This document shows, in pieces, positions 30,101 to 38,838 of a stretch of 64,000 bases of DNA. The translations under genes and the position numbers were made by a program. The notes under the pieces were generated by a model. It was given only the letters and a program-made list of their open reading frames with translations, was not told the origin of the DNA and did not search any database. The DNA lies in NCBI GenBank assembly GCA_965602225.1, contig CBFCYE010000003.1:68661-132660 (forward strand), in the 5' to 3' direction. The stretch's first letter is position 1. Each line of letters opens with the position of its first letter. The DNA is from an uncultured Gammaproteobacteria bacterium. Its GTDB lineage: Bacteria > Pseudomonadota > Gammaproteobacteria > Tenderiales > Tenderiaceae.

Positions 30101-30660
30101 CTGTGCTTGATACGATTTTCGGTTTCGCGACGACGCTCTTTATATTTAGAGATACCGGCAGCCTCTTCAATAAAGACCCGCAGCTCTTCCGGTTTGGCCT
30201 CAATCAGGCGGGAGATAGTGCCCTGTTCGATAATGGCGTAGCTACGCGGCCCCAGGCCGGTGCCAAGAAAGATATCGGTAATATCACGGCGCCGACAACG
30301 TGAGCCGTTGAGATAATAATTAGACTGGCCATCACGGGTCACCTGGCGTTTAACAGAGATCTCGTTGTAACTAGCGTATTCGCCGCCCAGCTTGCCTTCA
30401 GTATTTTCAAACACCAGCTCAACCGTGGCCTGGCCCACCGGCTTGCGCGCAGTTGAGCCATTGAAGATAACGTCTGTCATGGAATCACCACGCAGATTCT
30501 TGGCTGAGCTTTCACCCATTACCCAGCGAACTGCATCGATGGTGTTTGATTTACCACAACCATTAGGACCAACAATACCGATCATATTGCTTGGCATTGG
30601 GATGGTGGTTGGGTCGACAAACGATTTAAAACCGGCCAGTTTTATATTCTTCAAACGCAT
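27151..30660 (-). CDS. smc: Chromosome partition protein Smc
   Basis: 1169 aa. Walker A GPNGCGKSN at the N-terminus, long coiled coils, a hinge, and C-terminal LSGGEKALTA / MLDEVDAPLD. Confidence 0.95.
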   Translation of the reverse strand: MRLKNIKLAGFKSFVDPTTIPMPSNMIGIVGPNGCGKSNTIDAVRWVMGESSAKNLRGDSMTDVIFNGSTARKPVGQATVELVFENTEGKLGGEYASYNEISVKRQVTRDGQSNYYLNGSRCRRRDITDIFLGTGLGPRSYAIIEQGTISRLIEAKPEELRVFIEEAAGISKYKERRRETENRIKHSRENLERIDDLREELGKRIATLQRQANTAEKYKGFKEEERKLKAELLALKFSNLDTTVQERDKQIQAQETALEGQIAEQRGIEAAIESQREHQTESNEKFNLVQGRYYALGSEIARLEQTIQHLKDTRSQQEREMREVEEAWTEATEHLENDRSSLEELKMSLEANEEELLVYRDKESESSAMLSAAEESMQGWQQRWDEFNQTSSEHIRRAEVEKTRIQHQEQSLTQLNQRIQRIDDELGLLSPGSLETELGDLQQEREQLEEQLGQLRHEVEQQVEQIRHEREHTQTLSGELDAERGRQQSMQGRLASLEALQQQALGKGDNKLNEWLKSKGLDNASRLAQNISVESGWEQAVEVALGLNLESVCIEGMDAVANALSDLNQGALTVFDTQMSAVDAETGSAGTALLSKVTSAYSMASFLTGIYAADSLEQALALRSQIKANESIITRDGIWLGRDWLRVARGVDEKAGVLQREQELKALEEDIEETAARVEELQENVQQSRARQQELERGREELQSGLNQTAQSKAKIDSQLSARQERLQQFHNRKQRLETDITDLRQQRLTSEESLSEMRARLDEVLSKTENFEQTRHDLSQQRDELRQGLDQSRQQAREDRERAHEIALKLQSIRAQLDGTQQRLERMQGQLNHLDRRRDELKNQLQGEANPFEEMNGQLEELLANRLGVEEELLQARRTVEELDHAMRELSDERNQAEQRSQQIRSDLEKQRMASQEFIVRCQTVQEQFAETELVMAEVLLQLPDDASEGGWQQQVSEMGQRIQRLGAINLAAIEEYEEQSERKTYLDKQNADLIDALNTLENAIRKIDKETRTRFKDTYDKVNAGVKELFPRLFGGGHAYLELTSDDLLDTGVAVMARPPGKRNSSIHLLSGGEKALTAVALVFSIFQLNPAPFCMLDEVDAPLDEANVGRFCKMVKEMSEKVQFIFITHNKTTMEMSEHLAGVTMHEPGVSRMVAVDVDEAVQMVG

Positions 30661-30810
30661 TCGTAATAACCTTCAGATGAATCTCTAGTGCTTTCGCGTT
30701 AAAATACCGTCCGAATCATACCAGACCTGACGGATGACGCCAGACTGGTATTTTAAGTTCTAACAATTCAGCTTAGAAATATTCGCTAACCTATTGAGTT
30801 TTTAATAATT

Positions 30811-31200
30811 ATGTCAACCAAACCTAGCAAAGAACTTGAAACCTTCGACAATCCCATGCCAGAGCGGGATTACACCATTCGCATCGATGTGCCTGAGTTT
30901 ACCTGCCTCTGCCCTATGACTGGTCAGCCCGATTTTGCTACATTCAAGATTGAATATGTCGCCGACAAACAGTGTGTCGAACTGAAGGCGCTGAAGATGT
31001 ACATGTGGTCGTTTCGTGAAGAAGGTGCCTTCCACGAAAAGGTCACCAACGACATCCTTGGCGATCTGGTTGCCGCAACCCAACCACGCTTCATGCGCCT
31101 GACCGGCAACTTCAACGTCCGCGGCGGTATCTACACCACGGTTGTTGTCGAACATCGCAATCCAGACTGGATTCCACCCGTTCCAGTTACTCTGCCCTAA
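30811..31200 (+). CDS. queF: NADPH-dependent 7-cyano-7-deazaguanine (preQ0) reductase, unimodular type
   Basis: Catalytic Cys motif [14 protein letters not shown] and the QueF motif [13 protein letters not shown]. 129 aa. Confidence 0.9.
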   Translation: MSTKPSKELETFDNPMPERDYTIRIDVPEFTCLCPMTGQPDFATFKIEYVADKQCVELKALKMYMWSFREEGAFHEKVTNDILGDLVAATQPRFMRLTGNFNVRGGIYTTVVVEHRNPDWIPPVPVTLP

Positions 31201-31213
31201 AAAGCCTCTCAGA

Positions 31214-32506
31214 ATGAACCAGGCGCTGTTCATCGGCATAGACCTGGGCACATCGGGTTGCCGCGCTATCGCCATAGATAACGACGGCCATCCGGTCGCC
31301 CAGGCGGCCAGGACGATGCCTGCGCCGATCCGTGACGGCGCCAGGGTTGAGCAAGATGCCTATATATGGTGGCAGGCCGTATCTGAAACCCTGCACGGCC
31401 TGCTGTCGCAAATTGATGTCCGTTCGGTAAAGAGCATTGCTTTAGATGGCACCTCGGGCACCCTGTTATTGACTGACCCGCTTGGCCAGCCGCTTGGCCC
31501 AGCATTGATGTACAACGATGGCCGCAGTCAGGCCGAGGCTGACCGTATCAGTGCAGTCGCCCCTATGGAGTCTGCCGCCCATGGAGCGACATCGGCACTA
31601 GCCAAGCTGCTGCACCTGCAACCAGGCCCCGAGGTACAACATGCTATGCATCAAGCCGACTGGATTGTTGGCAAGCTATCTGGCCAATGGGGGATTAGTG
31701 ATGCCAACAACTGCCTCAAGCTGGGCTATGACGCCATCAACAAATGCTGGCCAGATTGGTTAGAGCAACTGGGCGTCAATCTAGCCATTCTGCCCAAGGT
31801 GTTTCAACCCGGCACAGCGATAGCAACGATTAATCCGCAAGTAGCCATACAGTTTGGTCTGCCACAGACCACTCAAATTATTGCCGGCACTACAGACAGC
31901 ACCGCTGCCTTCATCGCTACCGGTGCCAACCAGATCGGTGAAGCCGTCACCTCGCTAGGCTCGACCCTGGTGATGAAGGTGATTAGTGATAGCCCCATAT
32001 TTTCACCTCGCCATGGCGTTTATTCCCAACCACTAGGTGACTTATGGCTAGTAGGTGGCGGTTCAAACAGTGGTGGTGCCGTATTGCTACACCACTTTAA
32101 TCCGCAACAGTTGGCAGAGATGACGCCACTACTGAAACCTGATCAAGCTACCGGGCTGGACTATTACCCACTAATCACCCCTGGCGAACGCTTCCCTGTG
32201 GCGGATAGCCATAAGCCACCCTGCCTGACACCCCGGCCTGATGATGAGGTGGTGTTTTTCCAAGGCATGCTTGAAGGCATGGCCCGTATCGAACAACAGG
32301 GCTACCAATTGCTGGCAGAGCTCGGCGCGCCCTACCCACTCAATGTTCGTAGTGCCGGTGGAGGCAGTCGTAATCAACCATGGACTGAAATACGTCAGGC
32401 CATGCTTGGTGTGCCCATGCTGGAGGCACAACAACAGCAAGCCGCCTATGGCAGCGCCACTCTGGCGCGCCGAGGCTATTTATATACACAAGGACTTCAA
32501 CCATGA
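31214..32506 (+). CDS. FGGY-family carbohydrate kinase
   Basis: N-terminus FIGIDLGTSGCRAIAID and a C-terminal GGGS.N motif region. The track ORF was trimmed to the ATG at 31214. Confidence 0.8.
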   Translation: MNQALFIGIDLGTSGCRAIAIDNDGHPVAQAARTMPAPIRDGARVEQDAYIWWQAVSETLHGLLSQIDVRSVKSIALDGTSGTLLLTDPLGQPLGPALMYNDGRSQAEADRISAVAPMESAAHGATSALAKLLHLQPGPEVQHAMHQADWIVGKLSGQWGISDANNCLKLGYDAINKCWPDWLEQLGVNLAILPKVFQPGTAIATINPQVAIQFGLPQTTQIIAGTTDSTAAFIATGANQIGEAVTSLGSTLVMKVISDSPIFSPRHGVYSQPLGDLWLVGGGSNSGGAVLLHHFNPQQLAEMTPLLKPDQATGLDYYPLITPGERFPVADSHKPPCLTPRPDDEVVFFQGMLEGMARIEQQGYQLLAELGAPYPLNVRSAGGGSRNQPWTEIRQAMLGVPMLEAQQQQAAYGSATLARRGYLYTQGLQP

Positions 32507-33222
32507 ACCCGTTCATCGGCCCCATCTACGTCATCAAGGGCTTAAGCCTGATTCGACGCCCTAATCTGCGCCGTTTTGTAGTCATCCCTCTGCTAATCAA
32601 TATTATTCTGTTCAGCGGCGCAATCTGGTTGGCAAGCAGCTACTTCGATAGCTACATGGCTGAGTTACTACCGCAAGGCTTTGCCTGGCTCGAATGGTTG
32701 TTATGGCCCATCTTTGCCATCGCCATGCTCTTGACTATGTTCTTTAGTTTTACACTGCTCGCCAATTTCATCTGTGCGCCATTCAATGGCCTGCTAGCTG
32801 AGGCAGTTGAATTAGAACTCAAAGGTGAAATACAAGGCAGCGATATCAGCCTGATGCAGGCACTCAAGGACACACCGAAATCCATTTGGAGTGAAGCCCG
32901 CAAACTGGGATACTTCCTCAGCCGAGCGATTCCTTTACTGGTTTTATTTCTGATTCCTGGACTGAACCTACTCGCCCCCTTCCTATGGATTGCCTTCAGC
33001 GCCTCATTGCTAGCAAGAGAGTATTTTGATTACCCGATGGCCAATCATGGCCACAACTTTCAACAACAGCGTCAAACGCTAAAACAACACCGCATCAGCA
33101 GCCTCAGTTTTGGTGGCAGCATCATGCTGCTGACCATGATCCCGGTGGTTAACTTCATCGTTATGCCGCTGGCCGTTGCCGGAGCTACAGCCATGTATTT
33201 GGAGCGCATTAGCAAACCCTAA
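32503..33222 (+). CDS. cysZ: Sulfate transporter CysZ
   Basis: The N-terminal G..Y...G..L......LRRFV.IPLLIN pattern and four TM segments are typical of CysZ. 239 aa. cysZ is also near zipA in E. coli. Confidence 0.8.
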   Translation: MNPFIGPIYVIKGLSLIRRPNLRRFVVIPLLINIILFSGAIWLASSYFDSYMAELLPQGFAWLEWLLWPIFAIAMLLTMFFSFTLLANFICAPFNGLLAEAVELELKGEIQGSDISLMQALKDTPKSIWSEARKLGYFLSRAIPLLVLFLIPGLNLLAPFLWIAFSASLLAREYFDYPMANHGHNFQQQRQTLKQHRISSLSFGGSIMLLTMIPVVNFIVMPLAVAGATAMYLERISKP

Positions 33223-33253
33223 AATAACACATGCATTCACAGCGTAAAAATGC

Positions 33254-33507
33254 TACAATTCGGCTCCGTAATTTTATCGCAATAGCTACCGCTCATATTA
33301 TGAGCCTGTCGGGCTTAGGCGATCATCGCGAGAAGAAGCCAGTTCGAACCAGGTTTTTCTGATTATATGAGGTGCGTAGCAGTTTATACGTAGCATCATG
33401 ATTAATTGGAAATATGACTATATTTCTTTTCCAACGATAGATCAGTCCCACTCCGAAAGGCTCCCAAGGGTGTCGCCTATTGCCACAAGCTGCAAAGGTG
33501 CCGCTCT
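33254..33507 (+). promoter_or_regulatory. Candidate extended -10 promoter (TGcTACAAT) and ~240-nt leader of deaD
   Basis: TGCTACAAT at 33251-33259 lies in a 285-bp non-coding gap. E. coli deaD/csdA has a long cold-regulated leader. Conservation of any element here was not tested. Confidence 0.3.
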
Positions 33508-35304
33508 ATGTCTGATGACAAAAACAAACCTGCCCTAACATTTTCTGATTTAGAACTCATTCAACCGCTTGTCGATGTCATAAAAGAGGTTGGCTATGAA
33601 ACACCATCGCCCATCCAGGCAGAGACTATTCCCCTGTTATTGGAAGGCAAGGATGTTCTAGGCCAGGCCCAGACAGGCACCGGCAAGACCGCCGCTTTCG
33701 CCCTGCCCTTATTATCAAACATCGACCTAAAGCGGATTGAACCACAAGTACTAGTATTGGCACCTACACGAGAGCTAGCTATCCAGGTTGCCGAGGCCTT
33801 CCAGAAATATGCTTCAAAGATGAAAGGCTTCCACGTTGCACCAATCTACGGCGGTCAAAGCTACGACGGCCAAATCCGTCAACTAAAACGCGGATGTCAC
33901 GTAGTGGTTGGTACCCCTGGACGCGTTATGGATCACATGCGCAAAGGCACTCTGAAACTGAACGGCCTGAAGGCCTTGGTACTGGATGAAGCCGATGAAA
34001 TGTTACGCATGGGTTTTATCGATGATGTCGAATGGGTACTGGAACAGACTCCGCCAAAACGTCAAATCGCTTTGTTCTCGGCCACCATGCCTGCCGTGAT
34101 TCGTAAAATTGCTGACAAGCATTTGAATGACCCGGAACATATCACCATCAAGGTTAAAACCACCACGGCTGCAACCATTCGCCAGCGTTACTGGATGGTC
34201 AGTGGGCACCACAAACTCGACGCCCTGACCCGTATACTTGAAGCCGAAACCTTTGATGGCATGATCATCTTTGTTCGCACCAAGACCGCAGCCGTTGAAC
34301 TGTCAGAAAAACTTGAAGCACGCGGTTATGCAGCATCACCACTTACAGGTGATCTGGATCAAAAGATGCGCGAGCGCACTGTCGATCGGCTCAAAAAGGG
34401 CCAGCTGGATATTCTGGTTGCCACTGATGTCGTTGCCCGCGGCCTGGATGTAGAACGCATCACCCATGTAATCAACTACGATGTTCCTTATGACACCGAG
34501 TCATACACTCACCGCATCGGCCGTACTGGTCGTGCTGGTCGTCATGGTGATGCCATACTATTTATAGCACCACGTGAACAACGCATGCTCGGAACCATCG
34601 AGCGAGCTACACGGCAGAAGATTGAGATGCTTGAACTGCCTTCAAACGATGTAATTAATGACAAACGCATAGAGCGTTTTAATCAACGCATCACTGATAC
34701 ATTAAACGCTGGTTATGACATGGAGTTTTTCCAGAAGTTGATGGAAAACTATCAGCAGGAACACAATATCCCTGCAATCGAAATTGCTGGCGCATTAGCT
34801 AAACTGGTCCAGGGCAAGCAGCCATTGTTGCTGCAAGAGCGCCCACCCCAAGCAGTACGCGAAAAGAAAGAATTCAGCAAACGAGAGCAGCGCCCTGATA
34901 GAGAGAGACCACAACGCGACAAACCACGTTCAGCACCTGATCGTCCTAGAAAACTGCGTCCACCAGAAGAAGGCATGGAGCGTTATCGGGTTGAGGTTGG
35001 GCATAATGACAAGGTCAAACCTGGCAACATCGTTGGCGCTATCGCCAATGAAGGCGGCCTCGACAGCGAGCACATCGGTCGCATCGACATCCATGATGAC
35101 TACAGCACGATTGACCTGCCTGAAGGAATGCCGAAAGACATTTTTCAGGACCTGCAAAAAACTCGCGTTGCTGGAAAACCACTGAGACTTGCCAAGCTTG
35201 GCGATGCAATACCTATCAAAAGAGACTTTAAAGCAAAGTCTGACAAGCCCATCGGTGGTGACAAACCCTTAAAACGTAAGAAGCCTAAAATAGAAAAAAA
35301 ATAG
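33508..35304 (+). CDS. deaD: Cold-shock DEAD-box RNA helicase DeaD/CsdA
   Basis: Q motif (GYETPSPIQ), AQTGTGKT, DEAD (VLDEADEM), SAT and [10 protein letters not shown]. The C-terminus has a DbpA-type RNA-binding domain plus a basic tail. Confidence 0.9.
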   Translation: MSDDKNKPALTFSDLELIQPLVDVIKEVGYETPSPIQAETIPLLLEGKDVLGQAQTGTGKTAAFALPLLSNIDLKRIEPQVLVLAPTRELAIQVAEAFQKYASKMKGFHVAPIYGGQSYDGQIRQLKRGCHVVVGTPGRVMDHMRKGTLKLNGLKALVLDEADEMLRMGFIDDVEWVLEQTPPKRQIALFSATMPAVIRKIADKHLNDPEHITIKVKTTTAATIRQRYWMVSGHHKLDALTRILEAETFDGMIIFVRTKTAAVELSEKLEARGYAASPLTGDLDQKMRERTVDRLKKGQLDILVATDVVARGLDVERITHVINYDVPYDTESYTHRIGRTGRAGRHGDAILFIAPREQRMLGTIERATRQKIEMLELPSNDVINDKRIERFNQRITDTLNAGYDMEFFQKLMENYQQEHNIPAIEIAGALAKLVQGKQPLLLQERPPQAVREKKEFSKREQRPDRERPQRDKPRSAPDRPRKLRPPEEGMERYRVEVGHNDKVKPGNIVGAIANEGGLDSEHIGRIDIHDDYSTIDLPEGMPKDIFQDLQKTRVAGKPLRLAKLGDAIPIKRDFKAKSDKPIGGDKPLKRKKPKIEKK

Positions 35305-35352
35305 CCTCACCGGCCAGCATAAAGTGATTATGCTAGCCAAATCCTGATTAAA

Positions 35353-35378
35353 CCCAAGGGTGAGCAATCACCCTTGGG
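35353..35378. terminator. Strong hairpin in the deaD / aminotransferase convergent gap
   Basis: Perfect 11-bp stem cccaagggtga / tcacccttggg with a GCAA loop. The T tract is weak on both sides, so terminator function is uncertain. Confidence 0.4.
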
Positions 35379-35477
35379 AATCTGGCTAAAAATTACACCG
35401 CAGTACAGCAAACAACTCACCATCACAATTACGTCTCAGCAGTTTCAAAAACAACATACACTACATGCCAAGATGAA

Positions 35478-36647
35478 TTAGGCTGTAACAAACCGCTCTA
35501 TTCGTGCCACGCCCTCTTTAAGACGTTCGATGGATGTAGTGTAAGCAAAACGCAAATACTGCTCCGGACTGTTCAAACCAAAATCCTTACCCGGAGTTAC
35601 GGCAACCCCAGCCTGCTGTAATAAATCAAGGCAGAACTGATAACTGTCGTCGGTAAATTTCTTACAGTTTGCATAGAGATAAAAGGCCCCTTGCGGCGTT
35701 ACCGGTATTTCAAAACCAACCTTTCTCAAAGCCGGCAACAGGTAATCACGCCGTTGTTCAAATATTTGTCGGCGACGTTCAAGCTCAGCTATTGTCTCTG
35801 GTTTGAATGCTGCCAGTGCCGCGTACTGAGCAGGTGTTGATGCCGCCAGGAAAATATTTTGAGCAACCTTATCCAGTGCATCGACATAGGCCGCTGGCGC
35901 CACTAACCAGCCCAGTCGCCAGCCGGTCATGCCAAATAATTTTGAAAAGCTATTTATTACAAAAATATCATCGCTAATAGCCAAAGCTGTCTGTTCATTC
36001 ACGCCATAGGTAAGGCCTTGATAGATCTCATCAACAATCATGTGACCGCCCTTTTCAGCCACAAAATCAGCGATTGAGCGCATGTCAGATTCAGCGATCA
36101 GCGTCCCGGTTGGATTGGCAGGTGATGCGATCATCACCGCCCGACTATTATTATTCCAATATTTCTGCAAATGAGCATGATTAAGCTGGTAGCCCGTCTC
36201 AACGTCGACCGGAATAGAAATCGCTTCGCCTTCAACCAGACGGACAAAATTTCGATTACAGGGATAACCCGGATCAGCCATCAACACCTGTTGGCCTGGA
36301 TTGATCAATACCGACATCAATAACTGCAGCGCCCCGGATGAACCTGGGGTGATCAATATCCGTTTTGGATCAACACTTACTTTATATTTTTGCTGATAGA
36401 AATCACTAATCGCCTGACGCAGCTCGGGCAGACCTGTCGCCGGCGTATAGTGATGTTTACCCGATTTAAGCGCCTCAATACCAGCCTCGACGATAGGCGT
36501 CGGCGTTTCAAAATCGGGCTCACCAATCTCCATATGGACGATGTCACGCCCCTGCGCTTCAAGCTGCCTGGCCTGCGCCAGTAACGCCATCACATGAAAC
36601 GGCTGGACAGCCGCCATGCGATCAGCAAGATCTACTGTTTTAGACAT
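35478..36647 (-). CDS. Class I/II PLP-dependent aminotransferase (aspartate/aromatic type)
   Basis: SFSK Schiff-base lysine region (INSFSKLFGMTGWRLGW) and NPTG motif (SPANPTGT). 389 aa. Confidence 0.85.
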   Translation of the reverse strand: MSKTVDLADRMAAVQPFHVMALLAQARQLEAQGRDIVHMEIGEPDFETPTPIVEAGIEALKSGKHHYTPATGLPELRQAISDFYQQKYKVSVDPKRILITPGSSGALQLLMSVLINPGQQVLMADPGYPCNRNFVRLVEGEAISIPVDVETGYQLNHAHLQKYWNNNSRAVMIASPANPTGTLIAESDMRSIADFVAEKGGHMIVDEIYQGLTYGVNEQTALAISDDIFVINSFSKLFGMTGWRLGWLVAPAAYVDALDKVAQNIFLAASTPAQYAALAAFKPETIAELERRRQIFEQRRDYLLPALRKVGFEIPVTPQGAFYLYANCKKFTDDSYQFCLDLLQQAGVAVTPGKDFGLNSPEQYLRFAYTTSIERLKEGVARIERFVTA

Positions 36648-37410
36648 TCGCAGTTTTATGCAGCGCCCGGACCATTTCCAAATTTAAATGGCTATGCCCC
36701 TCGGCGTCACCACTGATCACAGTAAAGGGCGCATCTGGCTCACCCATCTGATCAAGCACAATGGCCGCACCACTAAAATCATCCTCGGCAGTGTAAGAAT
36801 TTATGGTTATCACTGTTGCCAGTCGCGCCTGCACGGAAGAGCGAATGCCGTTATAGGAATCTTCAAAGGCAATGCACTGCTCAGGTGCCAGGTTCATAGC
36901 CTCCATCACGTAGTGATAAATATCTGGAGCAGGTTTCTTGGCTGGCACCACATCCCCAGCACCAATGACTTCAAACCAGTCCAGCGAATCGGCACCTAAG
37001 GTATAGGTCAACAGTGCGGTCACATTTTCCGGCGTGGTGGTGGTGGCAATTGCCAGACGCAAACCTGCATCCCTGGCTTCGAAAATCAAACGCTCGACCC
37101 CAGGACGTAGTGGAACAGCACCATCAGCCATCAACTTGGTGTAAAAACTTGTTTTAGCCGCGTGCAGACCAGCGACGAAACCATCAAAATCACCCGGCTT
37201 TTGAAAATCGGTGTTAAATTTTTCCAGGTAATAGCGGATACGTTCTTTGCCGCCAGTGACGGCCAATAGCTCACCATATAATTCAGGCGTCCAGTCCCAA
37301 GCTAAACCGGCCTCATCAAAAGCCAGATTGAAGGCAACCCGGTGCCCATCACGCTCTGTATCAGCCAAAGTGCCATCAACATCGAAAATTAGTGCTGCTA
37401 ATTCACTCAT
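36640..37410 (-). CDS. CbbY-like HAD phosphatase
   Basis: LIFDVDGTLADTERDGHRVAFN.AF and later EDS.NG motifs, typical of the CbbY family. The track ORF was trimmed to the ATG at 37410 (MSELAALIFDVDG). Confidence 0.8.
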   Translation of the reverse strand: MSELAALIFDVDGTLADTERDGHRVAFNLAFDEAGLAWDWTPELYGELLAVTGGKERIRYYLEKFNTDFQKPGDFDGFVAGLHAAKTSFYTKLMADGAVPLRPGVERLIFEARDAGLRLAIATTTTPENVTALLTYTLGADSLDWFEVIGAGDVVPAKKPAPDIYHYVMEAMNLAPEQCIAFEDSYNGIRSSVQARLATVITINSYTAEDDFSGAAIVLDQMGEPDAPFTVISGDAEGHSHLNLEMVRALHKTANV

Positions 37411-37602
37411 AATCCCATCCTTTACAATCATTAAACTTAATCCAGATCGGCATATTATCACCATTTTTACGATATTAACCCCTTGAAGATAAATGCCTTT
37501 TTCATAAGCATATGCACCAGACAAGTAACATAGCTCTATTGCCTAAACCTGAAATATCTAGTATATATTCGGGCTTAATATTTGAGGCATCAGGAGAAGG
37601 GA

Positions 37603-38223
37603 ATGTCCCCAAAGAAAGCTAGCGCAGATACCGCGAGCAAGAAAAAAGCCGTATCAAAGAAAAAAGTGGCCACAGCTAAAGCGGCGCCTAAAAAAGCGCC
37701 TGTAACAACAACAAAAAAGGCTGCGCCAAAAAAGGCTAGCAGCACGACTAAGGCAGCACCAAAAAAGATGAACGCCACAGAAGCCAAACAGCGAGCAGAC
37801 AAGCTATTACAAGGCTTTGGCAACTTCGAACCCTATAGCATTACAAAGGGTGAGGAGTACATGAATGACGATCAGATTGGTCATTTCCGTATGCTCCTGA
37901 TGGCATGGAAGCATGCCCTAATGGAAGAAGTTGATCGCACCGTACAACACATGAAAGAAGAAGCAGCCAACTTTCCTGATCCCAACGACCGCGCTAGTCA
38001 GGAATCAGATTTCACCATGGAACTGCGCACTCGCGATCGTGAGCGCAAACTAATCAAGAAGATTGAAGAGTCTATCCAGACACTTGATAGTGAAGATTAC
38101 GGTTTTTGTGAGAGTTGTGGCGTTGAAATCGGCATTCGTCGTCTTGAAGCGCGTCCAACGGCCACACTTTGCATTGACTGCAAGACTCTGGACGAGATCC
38201 GCGAAAAACAAAAAGGGGGCTAA
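37603..38223 (+). CDS. dksA: RNA polymerase-binding transcription factor DksA with a ~55-aa Lys/Ala/Pro-rich N-terminal extension
   Basis: From EPY..K.GEEYMN.. to CESCGVEIGIRRLEARPTA.LCIDCKTL.EIREKQ it is collinear with E. coli DksA. The strong SD AGGAGAAGG lies 4 nt before the ATG at 37603. An internal ATG at 37768 would give exactly 151 aa but has no SD. Confidence 0.85.
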   Translation: MSPKKASADTASKKKAVSKKKVATAKAAPKKAPVTTTKKAAPKKASSTTKAAPKKMNATEAKQRADKLLQGFGNFEPYSITKGEEYMNDDQIGHFRMLLMAWKHALMEEVDRTVQHMKEEAANFPDPNDRASQESDFTMELRTRDRERKLIKKIEESIQTLDSEDYGFCESCGVEIGIRRLEARPTATLCIDCKTLDEIREKQKGG

Positions 38224-38237
38224 CGCCCCCTTTTTTT
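38215..38237. terminator. Bidirectional rho-independent terminator after dksA
   Basis: gggggc-taac-gccccc followed by T7 and preceded by an A-run. The dksA stop codon sits in the loop. Confidence 0.85.
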
Positions 38238-38257
38238 AACTCTGAAATTAGTGAAAC

Positions 38258-38590
38258 CTAGCTTGCCTTGGCATCCTGGGTTTCACTCACTTCAACAATC
38301 TTGGTTTCACAGACCTGACTCATCTGTAATCGGTTGGCATTAACAAAGGCCATGATGTATTCAAACGCTGTAGGGTTGCTGTCCTTAACTGAGATTTCCA
38401 CCAGTAGGCATTTTTCACCATCCACCATGCTGGGGCGGACATCATTAGAATAGTGCAGACGATTATCTCTACCAAATGTTGCCATTGTAGTTGAGATACG
38501 CTCAATCCAATCACTGGGACGAAACTTGCGGCCGTCTTCATTGACGCTCCTAATTACAAGTTTACAGCCTGCTTTCAATTCCATTGTCAT
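38258..38590 (-). CDS. DUF3579-like small protein
   Basis: DGRKFRPSDWIERIS..MA.FG.D.RL.YS..V.P....GEKCL.V resembles what I recall of DUF3579 proteins. The start was trimmed to the ATG at 38590. Confidence 0.45.
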   Translation of the reverse strand: MTMELKAGCKLVIRSVNEDGRKFRPSDWIERISTTMATFGRDNRLHYSNDVRPSMVDGEKCLLVEISVKDSNPTAFEYIMAFVNANRLQMSQVCETKIVEVSETQDAKAS

Positions 38591-38838
38591 GACTACCTGC
38601 ATGGGGCAGACTAGCACTGCGCTAGAAATTCCCTATTGAAAAACGTTATTAAGGTGATGCCTACCGAAATTATCGGCAAACCATTGAAATTCATGAGACG
38701 CATTATACATCGAAGTCTACTTTAATTAAGCAATCCCCTTTCAGAAAAGACCTTGTTTTCGCATAATATGATGACATTACCTGCTACTAACGCCCAAAAT
38801 CAGGGCCAAATAAATAACAACTACCCATGGGAGGGTTT

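Noticed and set aside
30690-30810. Possible preQ1-I riboswitch upstream of queF (ttaaGTTCTAACAattcagCTTAgaaatattcgCTAAcc vaguely resembles the GGUUC...CUAA pattern).
   Set aside because: The P1 stem is only 4 bp, the A-rich tail is poor, there is no SD to sequester, and I cannot run a covariance model. The evidence is insufficient.
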